DNA of 64,000 nucleotides from Lama guanicoe (Eukaryota), in contig MU053810.1 in the NCBI GenBank assembly GCA_013239625.1, positions 1,995,518 through 2,059,517 of the forward strand, written 5' to 3'. A model generated the notes under the pieces. That model ran no database searches. It had not been told where the DNA came from and was given only the letters and a program-made list of their open reading frames with translations. The first letter of the stretch is position 1. Every line of letters starts with the position of its first letter. Of the stretch, positions 1-13,560 are shown piece by piece. The translations under genes and the position numbers were made by a program.

Positions 1-1324
1 ACACCATTATTGACACATGCTACAAACCCACAGTCAATGTCATTTCCATGAATCTTGTGCCAGGTTCTCTTTTATCAGGTTCCAAAATAAGAAAAGATGA
101 CACATAACAGCGCAAAGCAGCCCATCAAACAACCAAGAAGCTGACGTGCTCAGCAGGACGATAGGGAAGTTGCTGCCTTGCCTGACAGATATAACCTTTC
201 CTTCTCAGTCCTGTACTTTTTCTGAAAAGGCGGGGAATGATTGCTTATGCTTCTGAGGATTGTACAGTAAAAACTCCAGAAAATAGCACACAAAGCATTT
301 GATGGTTTAAGTGGGACATTTTTTATCTCAATATCACATGCTTCCTTCCCCCTATAAAACATGGCTCCCTACCGGGGCCATCTTTAGCGCTCTGCAGAAG
401 CCCTAAACTCCACTACTGCAATAAATATTCACTTAAGGGGGAACTTCTATGCCTACTCTTCAGGATAAACTCAGCAGACACCATAGTCAATAGCCTCTCC
501 CTCCACCTACTTCAGCTGAAACTGGTGAAGCTATCATGCCAAGAATTATCCAATGAAAAACCAAAGTGGCCACTACACGCCACACCAGAATGGACGTTTT
601 TACCCTGTACACATAATAGCCCCTTTTCTCACAAAGCCCAGCCCTTTTGATTTCATCACTCAATCACTTATAATCAAAACAGTCAAGCTCAGGTTCAAAC
701 AGACTAGAGGTTCAGCTCTTGGAATTGACAGGGATAGATTCATCAGATGTAGATTCACAGGGGTAAATAGGAGAAAAGGAGGATTCATTAATTACCTCAG
801 GAATTTTATTTTTAGCTGGAGATCTGACCCAGACAGAAAAGTAAAGTTGAAAGCTTATTAAGGATTTGCTGTTCCCTTTCTCAGTCCCCATGCCTTCTAC
901 TGCTACCATTTCTACCATGATCTGAAATATATATTCTTGAAAGTGATATCTGTCTGTCTAGTCCAATTTGTGTGGCTTCACAGGGAAGAAGAGAAATTTC
1001 TCCTTATATTTCATCAACCACATAATCAAATTAACTTAGAAATTTCATGTAAAAAAGAGTGGTAATTTACATCTGAGTTCATAGATACATGTCATGCAGA
1101 AACACTTGCAGAGACACGTCCACCCTGATAGTCACCAGGTCTAACTAAAGGAAACACAGGAGGCAGTTTTTTTGTGTTTTCAAAAAACTAACAAACAATA
1201 GTGGATGTTTTTATCTACGTTAAAAATCACCACGAAATAAGGTGACTTCTTTACAAAATGCATGATGCATATGCTCAGATTGAGTGGTATTTATGAACCA
1301 ACCCATATTGCAAAGATTGAAAAC

Positions 1325-1410
1325 GAAAGACTTTTAGAACTAGAAGGGGTGAGTAGCTGAATCCCTTTTATTTTATGAATGAAGATACTGAGGGCTAAAA
1401 ATGTTACCAA
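1325..1410. mobile_element. MIR/MIR3 SINE fragment
   Basis: TTTTAGAACTAGAAGGG...ATTTTATGAATGAAGATACTGAGGGCT resembles the MIR core (attttacagatgaggaaactgaggc). Confidence 0.5.
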
Positions 1411-3364
1411 CCGAACATCTACTTCTACTTCCTCAGATAAAAGTAACAAACCCAACAGTCAACATCCCCTCCCTCAGCCTTCTTCACTTGAAATTTGTGA
1501 AGCCTTTATGACCGGAATCAGTCCACGATGGACCAGAGGAGCAGCTGCATGCCACACTGGGATGGAAACTTTCCTCTGGTCAGAGAATCCTCACATCCTG
1601 TGGTCTGATGGAAGTCACGTCTCTTAACAACAGGGATTGAATATTGGTTTGGAAGGAAGACTCAGAAAGCCAGATCCATGCTGTTTAAAAAAAAACCCAA
1701 AACAAAGACAATAATAAAGTGTTCTATTTTTAAGACACATCAACTGAATCTATAGCTTATAATTATTATACAGTTAAACAGCCACTGCAGTTTTCATGCC
1801 TTGTGGCAATTTTCCTTTGCTTTATAGGCTAGGTTTAATAACAAGGCCACCTAAAGGAATATCTTGAGATTTTCCTGTTTAAGGGTTTGCCAGATCTAGG
1901 TTATGCAGAAATATGAGGTTTCCTTACAAGGAAGAGAGATTGAAATCAGCTCATCGATCCAGTAAGCGCACTTAACCGTGAATGGAATCTTGAAATCAGT
2001 CCTTTAGATGGGGAAGTGTGGTTACAATTACTGAAGGAGGAATACTTCTTATTTTCATTTACATGACTTTTCTAGGTCACAGAATAGTAAAAAAAAAAAA
2101 AAGAAAAAAATCAACTGCAGCTTGTCTCCTGCAAAAAGTGAATATGAAAATATGCATTCAGAGATCCAATGGCTATTGGCATCTGAAATCACGTCAAAGA
2201 AATGAAGGAAATGTTGCCAGTCCTTCCCAATTGTCAAGGCCCAGCTGGAAATGTAACTGTGCAAAAACCAGGAGTGAGACGGAAGGTGCCAGGTAGATTC
2301 AATTTCTGACAGGCAGGGTCAGGAGTCGACGGCCAGTCCTGGCCACTACTTCTTTTGGTTTTTACCACATTTTTTTTTAAAGTTCTAAAATAAGACAAGG
2401 CTATTGATATAAGGGCAGAGAAAAACTATACAGAGAAACCATAAAAACTGAAATTTATAGCCTATAAAAGACAGTTCAAGAGAAATTTAATTTTCATATT
2501 TAAGTCTTAACCAGCCTGGCTCATGCCAAACACAGTTACTACTTCTTCAAAAGACAGATAAGAAAGCTCCAAACATAACTGCAAAATGAAGAAAAATAAA
2601 TTTGAAACAGATGTCATAAAAGCACACCCAACTCTTACTTATTTTAATTGTAGAAAAATCATGAGCTTGTGTATACAGGAGCTTCCTGGAAAAAGACAGC
2701 GAAATATAAACACTGGGAGACCTTTCAAGAAATAATTACAGTAACCAGAATCCTGAGGGAATTGGAATATTAAGAGAAGATAAATCTTAACGGACTGAGC
2801 AGGCTTCAATTATTCCCTGAGATTTTTTGATTTTTCCTAAACCTAAAAGGAAGTACAATAGAAAATGATAAAGTACAAGGGCCCAAGCTAGTTGGTTTAT
2901 TCCCCCTATAAACTTGATTTGCACTGAAGAAAGAAAGTTTAGATCTATATATATTTTTAAATGTTTGAAAGGATCAGACTTTTTTTTTTCCTTTAGGAAA
3001 ATCCAATAGCCCTAGCTCTTGCAGAAGTTTTATTTGGCTGCTCCTAAAAGCTTTTAATATTGGTTCCATAGCTTAAGACATCTGGAAAGTTCCCAGAGAA
3101 AAAGAAATCAGTAAATGTGCAAATCCCCACTGTGAATAAGAAAAGAAAGTGTTTACGCCAAAATGTACCATCATTGCACCAAATTTCCAAGATATTGACA
3201 TCAATATTTTGCTTCTGAAAGTTTAAGTGATTCGGGCAAAAAAACCCTTAGAACTAAGTTAGATTTTATTTCCCACATGGAAATTCTTTAGTTGATAAGA
3301 TTTTTCTCTTCATTTTGGTAGCATTGTTTGATGAAGTTTAAATTTAAAATTATATTTAATGACT

Positions 3365-3505
3365 GAATAGAGGGTTGGATAGATGCATGGATTACCAATA
3401 AATCAATAGGATAATGGTAGAAAAATGGATGTTCACTAGAAACTTTGTTTTAATCTTACTGTGTATTTGAAAAATGTTATAATTAAATGCTGGGAGAAAA
3501 AAAAA
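3365..3505 (+). mobile_element. Ancient L1 (L1MC-like) 3' end fragment
   Basis: GGATGTTCACTAGAAAC...CTGTGTATTTGAAAAATGTTATAATTAAATGCTGGGAGAAAAA resembles old L1M 3' termini, ending in an A-run. Confidence 0.5.
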
Positions 3506-3529
3506 GTCACAGTTAAAAAGGAATAACCT

Positions 3530-3643
3530 GGGGGGTGATATACAGCTCAGAGGTAGAGTGTGTGCTTAGCATACCCAGGGTCCCGGGTTCAATCCTCAGT
3601 ACCTCATTAAAAAAAAATTTGTTTTTTCAATTGTTTAAAAAAC
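3530..3643 (+). mobile_element. tRNA-Ala-derived SINE (camelid vic-1 type) with TSD
   Basis: tRNA-like head with A-box-like CAGCTCAGAGGTAGAG, anticodon arm CTTAGCAT and B-box GGTTCAATCC, then an A/T-rich tail. TSD AAAGGAATAACCT (3517-3529) / AAAGGAATGACCT (3644-3656), 12/13 identical. Confidence 0.85.
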
Positions 3644-3879
3644 AAAGGAATGACCTTTCTGAACTCCACCACCACGAACAAAAGGTTTATTTCAACAGCT
3701 GCAAGTCAAATCAAACAGCAACAAACTTTCACAAGAGTTCATGATGGGTAATTCGCTCATATTATGTAGAGGTATGAGACCCAGAGGGCTGAGTCCAAAT
3801 TGAAGAGGCATTTGGCAGATATTCCAGGTCAGCAAAAAACCTGGGTGTGTATGAGGCCTGAATATTATTCTTTTAAAAA

Positions 3880-3906
3880 ATATATATATATATACACACA
3901 CACACA
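3880..3906. repeat. (TA)n(CA)n compound microsatellite
   Basis: Directly visible dinucleotide runs. Confidence 0.9.
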
Positions 3907-4129
3907 AAATTTCCGCTATCTGCAAAGCCCACACCCAAGAGATTAGGCACTTGGAAGACCTCACAGTGTCTAAGGAAGACAGGTCTAGACAAATTAGGGC
4001 CACGGGAGCCCAGGACTACCCACATCTGCCCAAGTACCTCTGTCTTCAAACCTGGCTCTCTTCCCTCTTTACCCACAATTAGCAAAGTCCCAGTCAGTTG
4101 ACAGCATCCAGCAAGCACCAAGGATGCAA

Positions 4130-4275
4130 GCAGCAACGGGCACCCCCGTGTGGAGACAGGCACACCTGCAGGTGGGGAGCAGCCGCGCCCTCGACGGGTG
4201 CAGCAGGTGGGCGGGGAGGCGGCGGGGAGCCCGGGCAAACGAACTTACTCGCCTTCTGATTCAAGGGCTCGCTTT
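4130..4275. promoter_or_regulatory. Small CpG-rich patch with GC box and G4 motif (candidate promoter/enhancer)
   Basis: About 13 CpG in ~140 bp on a CpG-poor background. GGGCGGGG at 4209-4216, palindromic double E-box CACCTGCAGGTG at 4163-4174. Function is inferred only. Confidence 0.35.
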
Positions 4276-4391
4276 TGGCCTCAGATTTGACACTTGGTCA
4301 TCTGGGGGACATGGAGCCTTTAGGTTTGTTTTTTTTTTCACGTAGAGAAAGGCCAGGCCCTGTAGCTGTGACGACTCTAGGTTACCATGGA

Positions 4392-4772
4392 GCAGCATTT
4401 TGACCTCAGGAACTCTTCACACTTTTAAAAATAATTGAGAGCCTCCAAAGTGTCCTTGTTTATGAGGGTCACTTAGCAATATTTACAACGTTACCAATTA
4501 AAAGAGAGAATTTTTAAAATATTTATTTATGTAGTCATTTTTTTTAAAATGGCAGTAATGATGTACTACATGTTAATGTAAATGACATTTTTAATGTGAC
4601 ATGTAGTCTCTGGATAACGCTACTACTATTCACTCTTGAAAGAAAGAGAGGGGTAGAAAAGGGAGAATATCTTAGGATAGTTATGAAAATAGTTTTGACC
4701 TCACGGTTCCTCTGAGAGGATCTTGGCACTTCCTCTCCAAGTGGTCCCTGGAACACACTTTGAGAACCACTG
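4392..4772 (-). mobile_element. hAT-Charlie DNA transposon remnant (Charlie1-like, internally deleted)
   Basis: Minus strand begins CAGTGGTTCTCAAAGTGTGTTCCAGGGACC...GTGAGGTCAAAACTATTTTCATAA, matching the Charlie1 end. The other end is degenerate. Confidence 0.7.
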
Positions 4773-7700
4773 ACACAGAGGCAATGGCTAAGGCTTTGAG
4801 GGTTCTTGACAATATCTGCAATTAAAGTTGCCTCCAGGTTGGTAATGGCAGGATTCCTGAAAACACACTCACACGCCCTTTGTAGCAGTAATGAGTTTCA
4901 TGGACAGGTGAGTGGCCTGCTTGCTTTCTGGGTGCTACCAAAAGGGCTAAGATAACTTTGAAATCGTAGGCAAGTTATTTTCTAGATTTGAGGTCTTCAA
5001 GTTGTTCTGCTTTCTTCCCCTTCTGAGCCTTTAAAACTGACTTTTTTTTAGCAGCTTGGAAACACAGTTACAAATGATTTCCTCTCCTTCCCATCCCCGT
5101 GATATGGACAAGTAAATTGCTTAAACCCAAGTCAACACAGGGACCGAAAGACTGGTCTTTAGCATCTAATGGCCAGCTAGGGGTGTTCTGCCTCTCTACG
5201 CGGGTCTCACTGAGCCCAAATGAGCGCGCCAGGTGCATCCGGAGCCAGGCTGCTGTTCCTTTGCTCATGACCTTTGCGTAGCAAACTCTGACTTGTCCTA
5301 AAGGCCAACCAAAATTGTATTTGGCAGTTGCCCAGCCCTCCTTATCTAATAACTCAGAAATTCTAAACCTGTTTTTTTGTTTTTTGTTTTAAGAAAGAAC
5401 AAACTGAGCCTTGGGGAGGGAGTAAATCTCCCAGGATCTCATACAATTAATTTGCCCCGACAAGAGTAATACGAAGGTCATCTCTGATCACCATCATCCA
5501 CAATCCTATTAATTGTCTCCTGTGCGTCTGTGTGCAGAGTACACCACATCCCCAACGCAGTGAGTCAGATGCGTTCTGTCTTTCATGTTAAAATGAGAAG
5601 GGCACTTTTTTACGTCGTAAGTCTTTTTTGTACTTCACTGAAAACAATGCAGAGTTCTATCACAACGAACGCGATTTGAGTTTAAATCTCAACTGCAAAG
5701 TTGTCCAAGAGCAAAGAATGTCCTACGTGCCTTCAGCCTTTCCTCTGTGGATTTCCATAGTGCCCTCTCACCTTAGCAATGCCTCGAAAGTTAGAGTCAC
5801 TCTACGCCTCTTCTCCTCTACAGAATTAACTGTTTAACTTCAGCACTGTTTGCTTCATTCATTAATTCAGCCAACAAATATTTACTAGACCTCAATCTAG
5901 TCACACGTGTCAGATTTTGGGGACACGTGGTCTCCATGTGTCTTTCTTACAAGGTTATTTACATCCAGGAAGCATTCCAGAAACTTGTGTGATCCTGGTA
6001 ACACTGCTGTACCTCCTAAACCCAAATCCTCAACGCCTTGCCACTAGCATCTCCCGAAAGAACATCCGGAAGAGCCCCAGCTGGTTTACTGCACTCACAC
6101 AGATGCCCACTTCCTTCAGTACCACTATCCTCCATTAGCTGACACCCCTCTCCACCTCCTGAAACCTTTCCAAATCCACATCCGGAATCCAAACCCAGCA
6201 GCCATTGTGCAGGCTTGTCAGAGTCTGTCTGCTTTCTTTCCTAATCTGAGTGAAAGATGTCCTTTCCTGGCAGGCTCTCTTCTCTGCCCAGCCTGCCCCA
6301 AACTCAGAAACTGGAGGCATATATGAAGGTACATCCTCTGTCTCTTGCTCACCTGAGAAGGCCTCCTTTTTAAGGGAAATTGATTCTTTTAGACGTATTT
6401 GAGTCCATAGCTAATCCATGGCTTTAAAGAAAAGTATGATGGGGTGGGGGGAGGTTCACCTAAAAATTTCTTGTTGTTTCCTTAGAAATAAAGATACTCC
6501 TACCTTTTAACCAGAAACAGAAACCAGTACGTGTTAGTGATGGTTTATATTACAGCGGAGGGTAGGTGACGTACAATTTACTCCTTGCAGCCTTGTAAAA
6601 TGACCAAGTGTGCTCCAGTAACGTCAGCCATTTCCCCAAAGGGAGAAAAATGACATACTGTACTCTTTCAAGAAAAATAAAAAGGAATAAATGCTGCCTT
6701 GCATTCTAGTAATTGAAAAATAGCTTCATTGCTGCCGCTGACACTGGAAATTCCACATCATCTGTCTAAAGTAGAGACTGCTATTGTTACGTATTAAAAT
6801 AGCATTTAGTATAAATGGAGTTTGTTATAGGCGGCAACTGTTTGTAATCAAACTTTCATAAAGATTTTGGGTCAGTGAACTGAAAATAACCGCAGACATA
6901 CAATGAATGGGATGGGCGCTGAAGGTGTACAATCCATCTTGGTCAGAGCTCTCCTTCCTCAGTTTGCATTAGCATCATGGATTTTAATATAAACGCAGTA
7001 CCATTATCAGGCTATCAATACATTTTACAAATAGTTCTGAATACTTTATGGTTTAGAAATAGTCTTCCGAGAAAGCATCACCTCTAGTAATTTACCGCTG
7101 CTACAACAAAGTCCTCCCTCCCCTAACCTGGAGGGAGCTACAAAGAGCTGGCTTTGCCTGTGAGTGAGAAACACTAGTTCGGAACAGAAAAACATTTTAA
7201 AGCATCGTGAGTCTGACAGTCTGCTTTCTTGCCCTGGAGTGTCCAGAGCCAATCAATCATGTAGTCTCACCAAGCGAGGAAAAATGGAATTTTTAATCAT
7301 TTTTATAGATGAAGGCTTCCTTCCGTGACACCTATGTGTACTTGATGAATTATTCTTATAATTAGTTTCGTGAATTTGTTCAAGGAAAGTTCTAATTTTA
7401 TGGGGGTATTGATCTAGGAAGAGTGGCAGGCAGAACTCACTCCCAAGAGGTCATCATTTTAAGTGAAAATTCTTGCCCTATGATCCAAAAAGAAAAAAAT
7501 ATTGTTTTTAAAAATTTTTTTTATATCTTAACTTTTGTTGCTTATCAAACTGGAGTCCTTTACCCCAGTTACCCATCACCCACTTTGCCACCCCAGTGCC
7601 AGCAAACACACCCTTTATCTCAGCACCCTGGCGTGGCACGCCCTGGCTGGGCAATACAGACACCAACACCCCAAATGAGAAGTCCCTGAATTTGGAAAGT

Positions 7701-8457
7701 CAGCCCATTCCTCTGTTTCCTTGACCACACTCTTCACTCCCTCTTTACAGTACTTCGTGACAGAGGAGTGGCATGAATATTGATGAATCTGTTTGGATTT
7801 TTTTCCTAAACAAACGTCAGCTGCATCTAAATAAAGGCTGTTGCCCAGAAAGGTGTCATCACAGGAGGCTTTGCTTCTGCTGTACAAAGATTTTTTGAAA
7901 CTTCTCATTGGGAGCAACTTTTAAAGCCTTTGGTGCTGTGTTCTGCAGCAATGGTGGAGCACAATTTTCCGTGAATAGTAGATTTGATTTTTGAGGACCT
8001 ACATAACAGAAGAATACCACTCGGTTAGGGGAATACCTTGCTAGAACACTTGTGGATGGAAAGAAGGTTCGTATGGCATGGCCTGCAACAGTGGAATAAG
8101 ACGTGTTTCATGACATGACAGAATCTACCGAAAAATTTCATTTTACCATGAGCAATGCACGTGGGTATTTCCTGTCTGGTTCTGTTTTCTTAAAATTCTT
8201 GTTTCAACTTATAGAGTGGATTTCCCAGCCCACAAATTGGTCACAACCTGCAACTGGAAAAGCACTAGTCTAGAAGAAATCATTAAAACACAAAGAGAGC
8301 TAATCTATTCTGAATAAAAAATTAGCAGGAATTTGGAGGTGAAAGGGAGGAGTGGGGAAAATGAGGGAAAAGAGAGGTAATGATTGAAGAACATGGTGAG
8401 AGTTTGGACGCTGGAGAAACTGGCCAGGGAGAAATCCTGGGTGACAAAATGCATGAA

Positions 8458-8594
8458 GCGGGAAGGGTATATAGCTCAGTGGCATAGCACGTGCTTAGCA
8501 TACACGAGATCCTGGGTTCAATCCCCAGTACCTCTGTTAAAAATGAACACATAAATAAATAAACCTAATTACCTCTCCCCCTAAAAAAATTTTT
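8458..8594 (+). mobile_element. tRNA-Ala-derived SINE (camelid vic-1 type) with TSD
   Basis: GGGTATATAGCTCAGTGGCATAGCACGTGCTTAGCATACACGAGATCCTGGGTTCAATCCCCAGTACCTC followed by an ATAAATAAATAAACCTAATTACCTC tail. Flanked by ATGCATGA at 8449-8456 and 8595-8602. Clearly homologous to the 3530 copy. Confidence 0.88.
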
Positions 8595-8880
8595 ATGCAT
8601 GAGGACTTATAAATTGAGGGTTAATAGATTGTCTGAAAGTGTCTAGGGACAGCAGTGTAAATAACCACCCCCATTGCTACAAATCATCATTAAAATTGTG
8701 CTGCATTTTACAATGTTTTGTTAGTTGCATTTTGGAGAGACGAATGAGAGTGAAGTGTGCATAATGAAGAACAAAGAGCCTGCAAAACACGGCAAGATCA
8801 TTCAGAGACTGACCTAGTTCAGTGAAGTGACTCAGCCAGCAGAGATCAACAACTTCCTCCCTCCCCTAACCCTCCTCTGA

Positions 8881-8921
8881 AAAAATAAAATAATAAAATA
8901 AAATAAAATAAAATAAAATAA
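8881..8921. repeat. (AAAAT)n microsatellite
   Basis: Directly visible pentanucleotide repeat. Confidence 0.9.
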
Positions 8922-11900
8922 CAACAAAACCCTCAGAGATATTTCAAGGACACTGGATGTCTTAGGACTTGCAGAATGGAGACAAGTCTATTTTATTTGA
9001 GTCATAAAGGCTAGGATGATTGTGGATAGGATCAAGGTTGCACACCCACAATTTTATTCAGAGTCAAGTCAGGTGATTGAGGAAAGTTGCCAAGCTGGCA
9101 ACTTTCTGTCTGAAGGAAAGAGTTTCACAGGAAGCACGCTGTCTGCTGAGCTCTGTTACAGTGAGAGCATCAAATATGGGGGCTTTGCTCACTCTCTTTG
9201 CTTTGCATAGATCTTCTTAAATACTTCATAACCCAATGCCCAGTCTGCTCTTGTGAAGACAAAATCTGCAGAGCAGAGCCTTTGAGGTCAAAGAAACAAA
9301 TCAACTCCGTCTTCACTTGTTTTAACATATGGGCTTCCTTGGGTGTCAGATGTTTGGCTTTGACACTTGGTTTCTTGGTCAGAGCAGAAAGAATCTGTTC
9401 TATTCAATATTTATTCTTGCCTTTCCTGGCCCCTGTGTTAGTTTAACCCAACCAGATGTCAAGTTCCTAAATCAGTCTTGACCCAAGTGGGCCAGAGATC
9501 AGTAGGCGTTCATTGACTCACTGGTGCCACCTGAAAATGCTCTCATTGATACTAAATCAGCATCCGGGGGTGGGGGGTGAGCCAAGGCCACCTGCCTGCC
9601 CACTGCACACTGGCATCAGGTGACCTCTGCTCTTTGTCCAAATCCATCGGACAAGGCTTCTGCCTAAATTCTTAGTGGACATTATCACAAACTCCAATCA
9701 GCTTGACTTTGACACTATGCCCCCTCTAGCCACTGAATCCTCTCTCTTGTAGCCCCTGCACTGCAGGCAAAAATCCTGATCAACTGTGTGGATACACACA
9801 CGCCCAACTGACACTGTTTGACACTCTTCCCAAGACCCTGGGGCTCCAGCTGCCATGTCCCATGTGGGGAGTAGGGCTCCCAAAAGACCAGCATTGATCC
9901 AGATCAGTTCCCAACCTAATTCTTCTGCACCACCCCCGACTCCCAACCAGCCCTGGGCTGGCCCAGGGCTCCACTTCACCCCACCTTCCTCCTCTCACTC
10001 GCTGTCCAGAGCAGGGGCCTCATGAAACCCATCCTGTGCCTAAACTCACCAGCAGATTCAGTCAACACGGGGCCATTCCGCCTGCTTTTTGAAAAGGGCA
10101 AATATGTTTCGACCCTTTCTGTTTCTCTCCCAAGACATGGTAGGATCGTCATAGAAATGTTTCTTATGTTCATAATTTTCTTTCAGACCAAGTCTGTCTG
10201 CCCACCTGACTCTTCAACAATTTGAAAGCTTTCTGTTGGAGAAATTCAAACCTCTGAATTCTGGGAAGCTGCCCCACCCTTCCCCCGTGAAACCCCCTCA
10301 CTCATCCAATGCTCTAGCTCTTGGCTTGGCTTCGCGAATGTTCCCTCTACTCAGAGATTTTTCTTTTGCACTTTAGTGTATATTCTTTGCTCTAAAGAAT
10401 AGTGATTAATTTTTATATTTATTTTTATGCTGACATGAAATGACACATATAAATAAACATTGTAGGAGATGCTGACACTGCAAACCCAAGCATGCACTGC
10501 CCACTGATGATGTGACTCATACTCTGCTGGTGGGAGGAGCCACATCTTTCCCTGATCATAGCTTATCTATCTCTTTAAAACTCAAGGATATTTAAATTAA
10601 TTTTGATCCAAGAAATTTAGTATCCTCTGACACCTCTGGAGATTGTTGGTAATGCCTTGGAGTCATACCACACAAAAGGACATGACAATTGATTCTCAAT
10701 CATGTCACCAACTCACAGACACCCAAGTTTGAATGTTCATAGAGTGAATGTTTCAGAATCACAGACCTTTCTGTATTTCAGATCCCACAGATAAGCTGGC
10801 ATTCGAGGTACCCTTTTCCTCCATGGAAGTTCCTCACCAATCATTTAATAAGGCAACAATTCTAGTTTTGTTTGAAGTCAGAATGGTGAGTTCTAAACTT
10901 CTTAAATTCTTTAACAAAAGGGAATATTAATATCTTAAAATTTCTTCTCTAAATGGAGAAAGAAAGCTAAATAGCATACATGATGGTAAAACACGCTTCT
11001 CTCAAAACTTCCTTGCACAATTAAAGAGGCACTTCACTGTCAATCTCATTTTAATTTTCTTCCATGACAGCAGAATAGCTCTGAAATATAGTTTTGCTGG
11101 AGCCCCTGCTGTTTGCACACGCTGTGTCTCCTCGTGACATCAGGTCCGTTTGGGTGACAGTGACAGAAGTCAGTGCAAAGAATCATTCGAAAAACAACAA
11201 GAAGCAGAATCTTTGGGGCTCATGTTGTCTGCAGTCCATCTGTCAGACCCACTTTACCTTCCTGATCTGTGTGTTGTTGACTTTGTCACAGAAAATTAGT
11301 TTAGGTAATTTCGAAACTTATTCCTGGATTTCAAGAACAGATGACAGATTTTTCTATGAATGCAAGATGACTGGGGAGTTCTACGGAGTTCTAAATGCAT
11401 CATGAATTGAGAGTTTTTTGTTCCCCTCCCTTTCCTCTTGCAGGAAATTCTGCAGCTCAGGAAAGCCTGACCTAAAAGCAAAGGAGCAGGAGACATTTGC
11501 ATTCATAGGAGGGTGCCCCCCACGCCGCCCTCTCTCCCCAGAAGGGAGTCCAGATTAGGAATCCTGCTGCTGCTGCCGGGACAGAGAAAGGCGGGAGGTG
11601 GGAAGGAGCAAGTGTTCCTCCCCTCCATGCAAATAAAATACAGCAAGATGCAGGTTAAAATTACTATCCAGAGAAAGTTTAACAGTTTCAGATGTTACAG
11701 CTGGCTGCTCAGGAAGTTCCCATGGGGTTGCGTTTACCTCGATGAATCCACTCCAGCCCAAGGTCTGGTCTCAGGCTTGCAGGTTAAGAAACCTGGTTTT
11801 ACTGAGCACGCTGGCCATAGCTCTGCCATCCCTCGGAGACAGACTTGCCTTAATCAAGTTCATGGAGCCTGAATGCCTGTTTATTATTCTATAATGAGAA

Positions 11901-12324
11901 GCAAGCATAGGGGAGGCCACGTTATCCGAGGGTTTCATGGCGAGCACGGAAGCAGAACACAGGAGCGAGGCGATCTTAAAAAGAATCTCCCAGTGAACGA
12001 GGCTTCAGACCCTCCCACCGGCCCCAGGAACAGCTCTGCCGGTGAATCCATGAGGTCAGTTTATTGTGCTGAGGTCTCCTCCTCCTGGGTGCCGTGTGGA
12101 CATCACAGCGTTGATTCGGGAGGGAATTCCTTCTGTCTCAGCTTTCAGATTGGCCAGCCCCTCGGCTCACATGTATATAGAGTGCATACCTTGGCTTCTA
12201 GCTCATTCACGACCACAGCAAGTTAGCCCACCCTGCGTTCAACTCTCAAGCCCCTGAGATGATGGGACAGACGCCCTCTGCGTGCATAGGGCTTACTTGC
12301 TGTGGCTCCCAGGTACCCACTATG

Positions 12325-12760
12325 TCAATGAACAAATCCACTGATCAGTAATGAGCACCTTCTGTGTTCCTGGAATCTTCCTTGGTGGGACGATGCATAC
12401 AAGGGACAAGTAAAGGTCTCCTGCCCCCCAAATGCTCTTGTCTCTCTCTGAAGGGCAAACCATCACATGCCAACAAATTTAAACTACAAATGGCAGCATA
12501 AAACCACAAATGCTAGAAAGAGCTTTAAATATGGAGGAATTACTTTTTGGGTGAAGATAGGAGTGGCTTCATAGAGAAAGTAGGACAGAGCTAGAATTTG
12601 AAGGGTGAGTTAAAAAAAATAATAGGAAGCGAATTTTTCAGTCTGGAAGAGTAGCATAAGCAAAGGAAATAATGTGGAAATTAGTACAAAAGTCTGGACG
12701 GTATTGGAACATAGTAGGCAACTCAGAAAACATATGTTGATGAAATGAATGTAGTTAAGG
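12325..12760. mobile_element. Degenerate L2 fragments
   Basis: AATGAGCACCTTCTGTGTTCCTGG, purine-rich GGCTTCATAGAGAAAGTAGGACAGAGCTAGAATTTGAAGG, and a 3'-end-like GGAACATAGTAGGCAACTCAGAAAACATATGTTGATGAAATGAATG. Confidence 0.5.
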
Positions 12761-13483
12761 GTGCATGGTTGGAATAGCATAAGAAATAAGATTCATTTAG
12801 TAATTTGGAGAAAAGTAGCCTAAGGCTTGAAAGCCAGAAAGTGTAACATAAGCTTGATATCTTATTAGAATACAAAAAGCTCTGGCGATCCACCGAGAAT
12901 AATTACTCTCCAAATTCCTGTTTTTCTTTTCCAATTAAAAGCCAAGCATTTTTATCGTGGCATAATTCCATCTGCAGAAGTGCTACTCAAAACTCACAGT
13001 GCTTAGTAGGAAATTTGCAGACAAATCACGTGAAATGATCCAAGTAGAGAGTTTTATATAATAACCATTCGCCTACAGCATTCTCTACAATTCTTTTTAA
13101 ATTCAAAAACTTTTTCCCACTTTAAAATTCTGAAGGTGGGGTAGACCCATTTATCCTCTTTTTTCCCATTTCTCTTTCCCTTTCTTTCTGCATTTCTCGT
13201 TCATTGATCCATTCAACACATAAGTGCTTCTCGTTTTTCAGCCTGTGCTGAGAATACAGTTAAGTGCAGAAAACTGACAAGATGCCCACCTAGAGGAGAA
13301 GACAGACAGGAAGAGGGAAGGAAATAAGGGATGCCTGAGAGCAAAACTGTGCAACAGCTGCAAAATACAGGAAGAGACGAAGGGCAGAGGATGAGAGGAG
13401 GGCAAACACTCAGAGACGGGCCCTCGGGAAGGTCCTCTGAAGGGGGACGACGGAGTCGAGACCTGCAGGATGGACGAAGCCAG

Positions 13484-13560
13484 CTGTGTGCGTGCGTGTG
13501 TGAGTGTAAGTGTGTGTGTGACATCTGTGTTCATGTACCTGTACATGCACACACACACCT
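13484..13560. repeat. Imperfect (TG)n / (CA)n microsatellite pair
   Basis: TG-rich run at 13484-13520 followed by a CA run at 13548-13558. Confidence 0.75.

Noticed and set aside
3530..3605. Functional tRNA-Ala genes here and at 8461-8535
   Set aside because: Acceptor stems do not pair properly, and both have A-rich tails and TSDs, so they are SINEs.
11414..11660. Strong + strand splice acceptor (tttcctcttgcag) with an open frame
   Set aside because: No good donor before the stop codon, and the peptide is not recognised.
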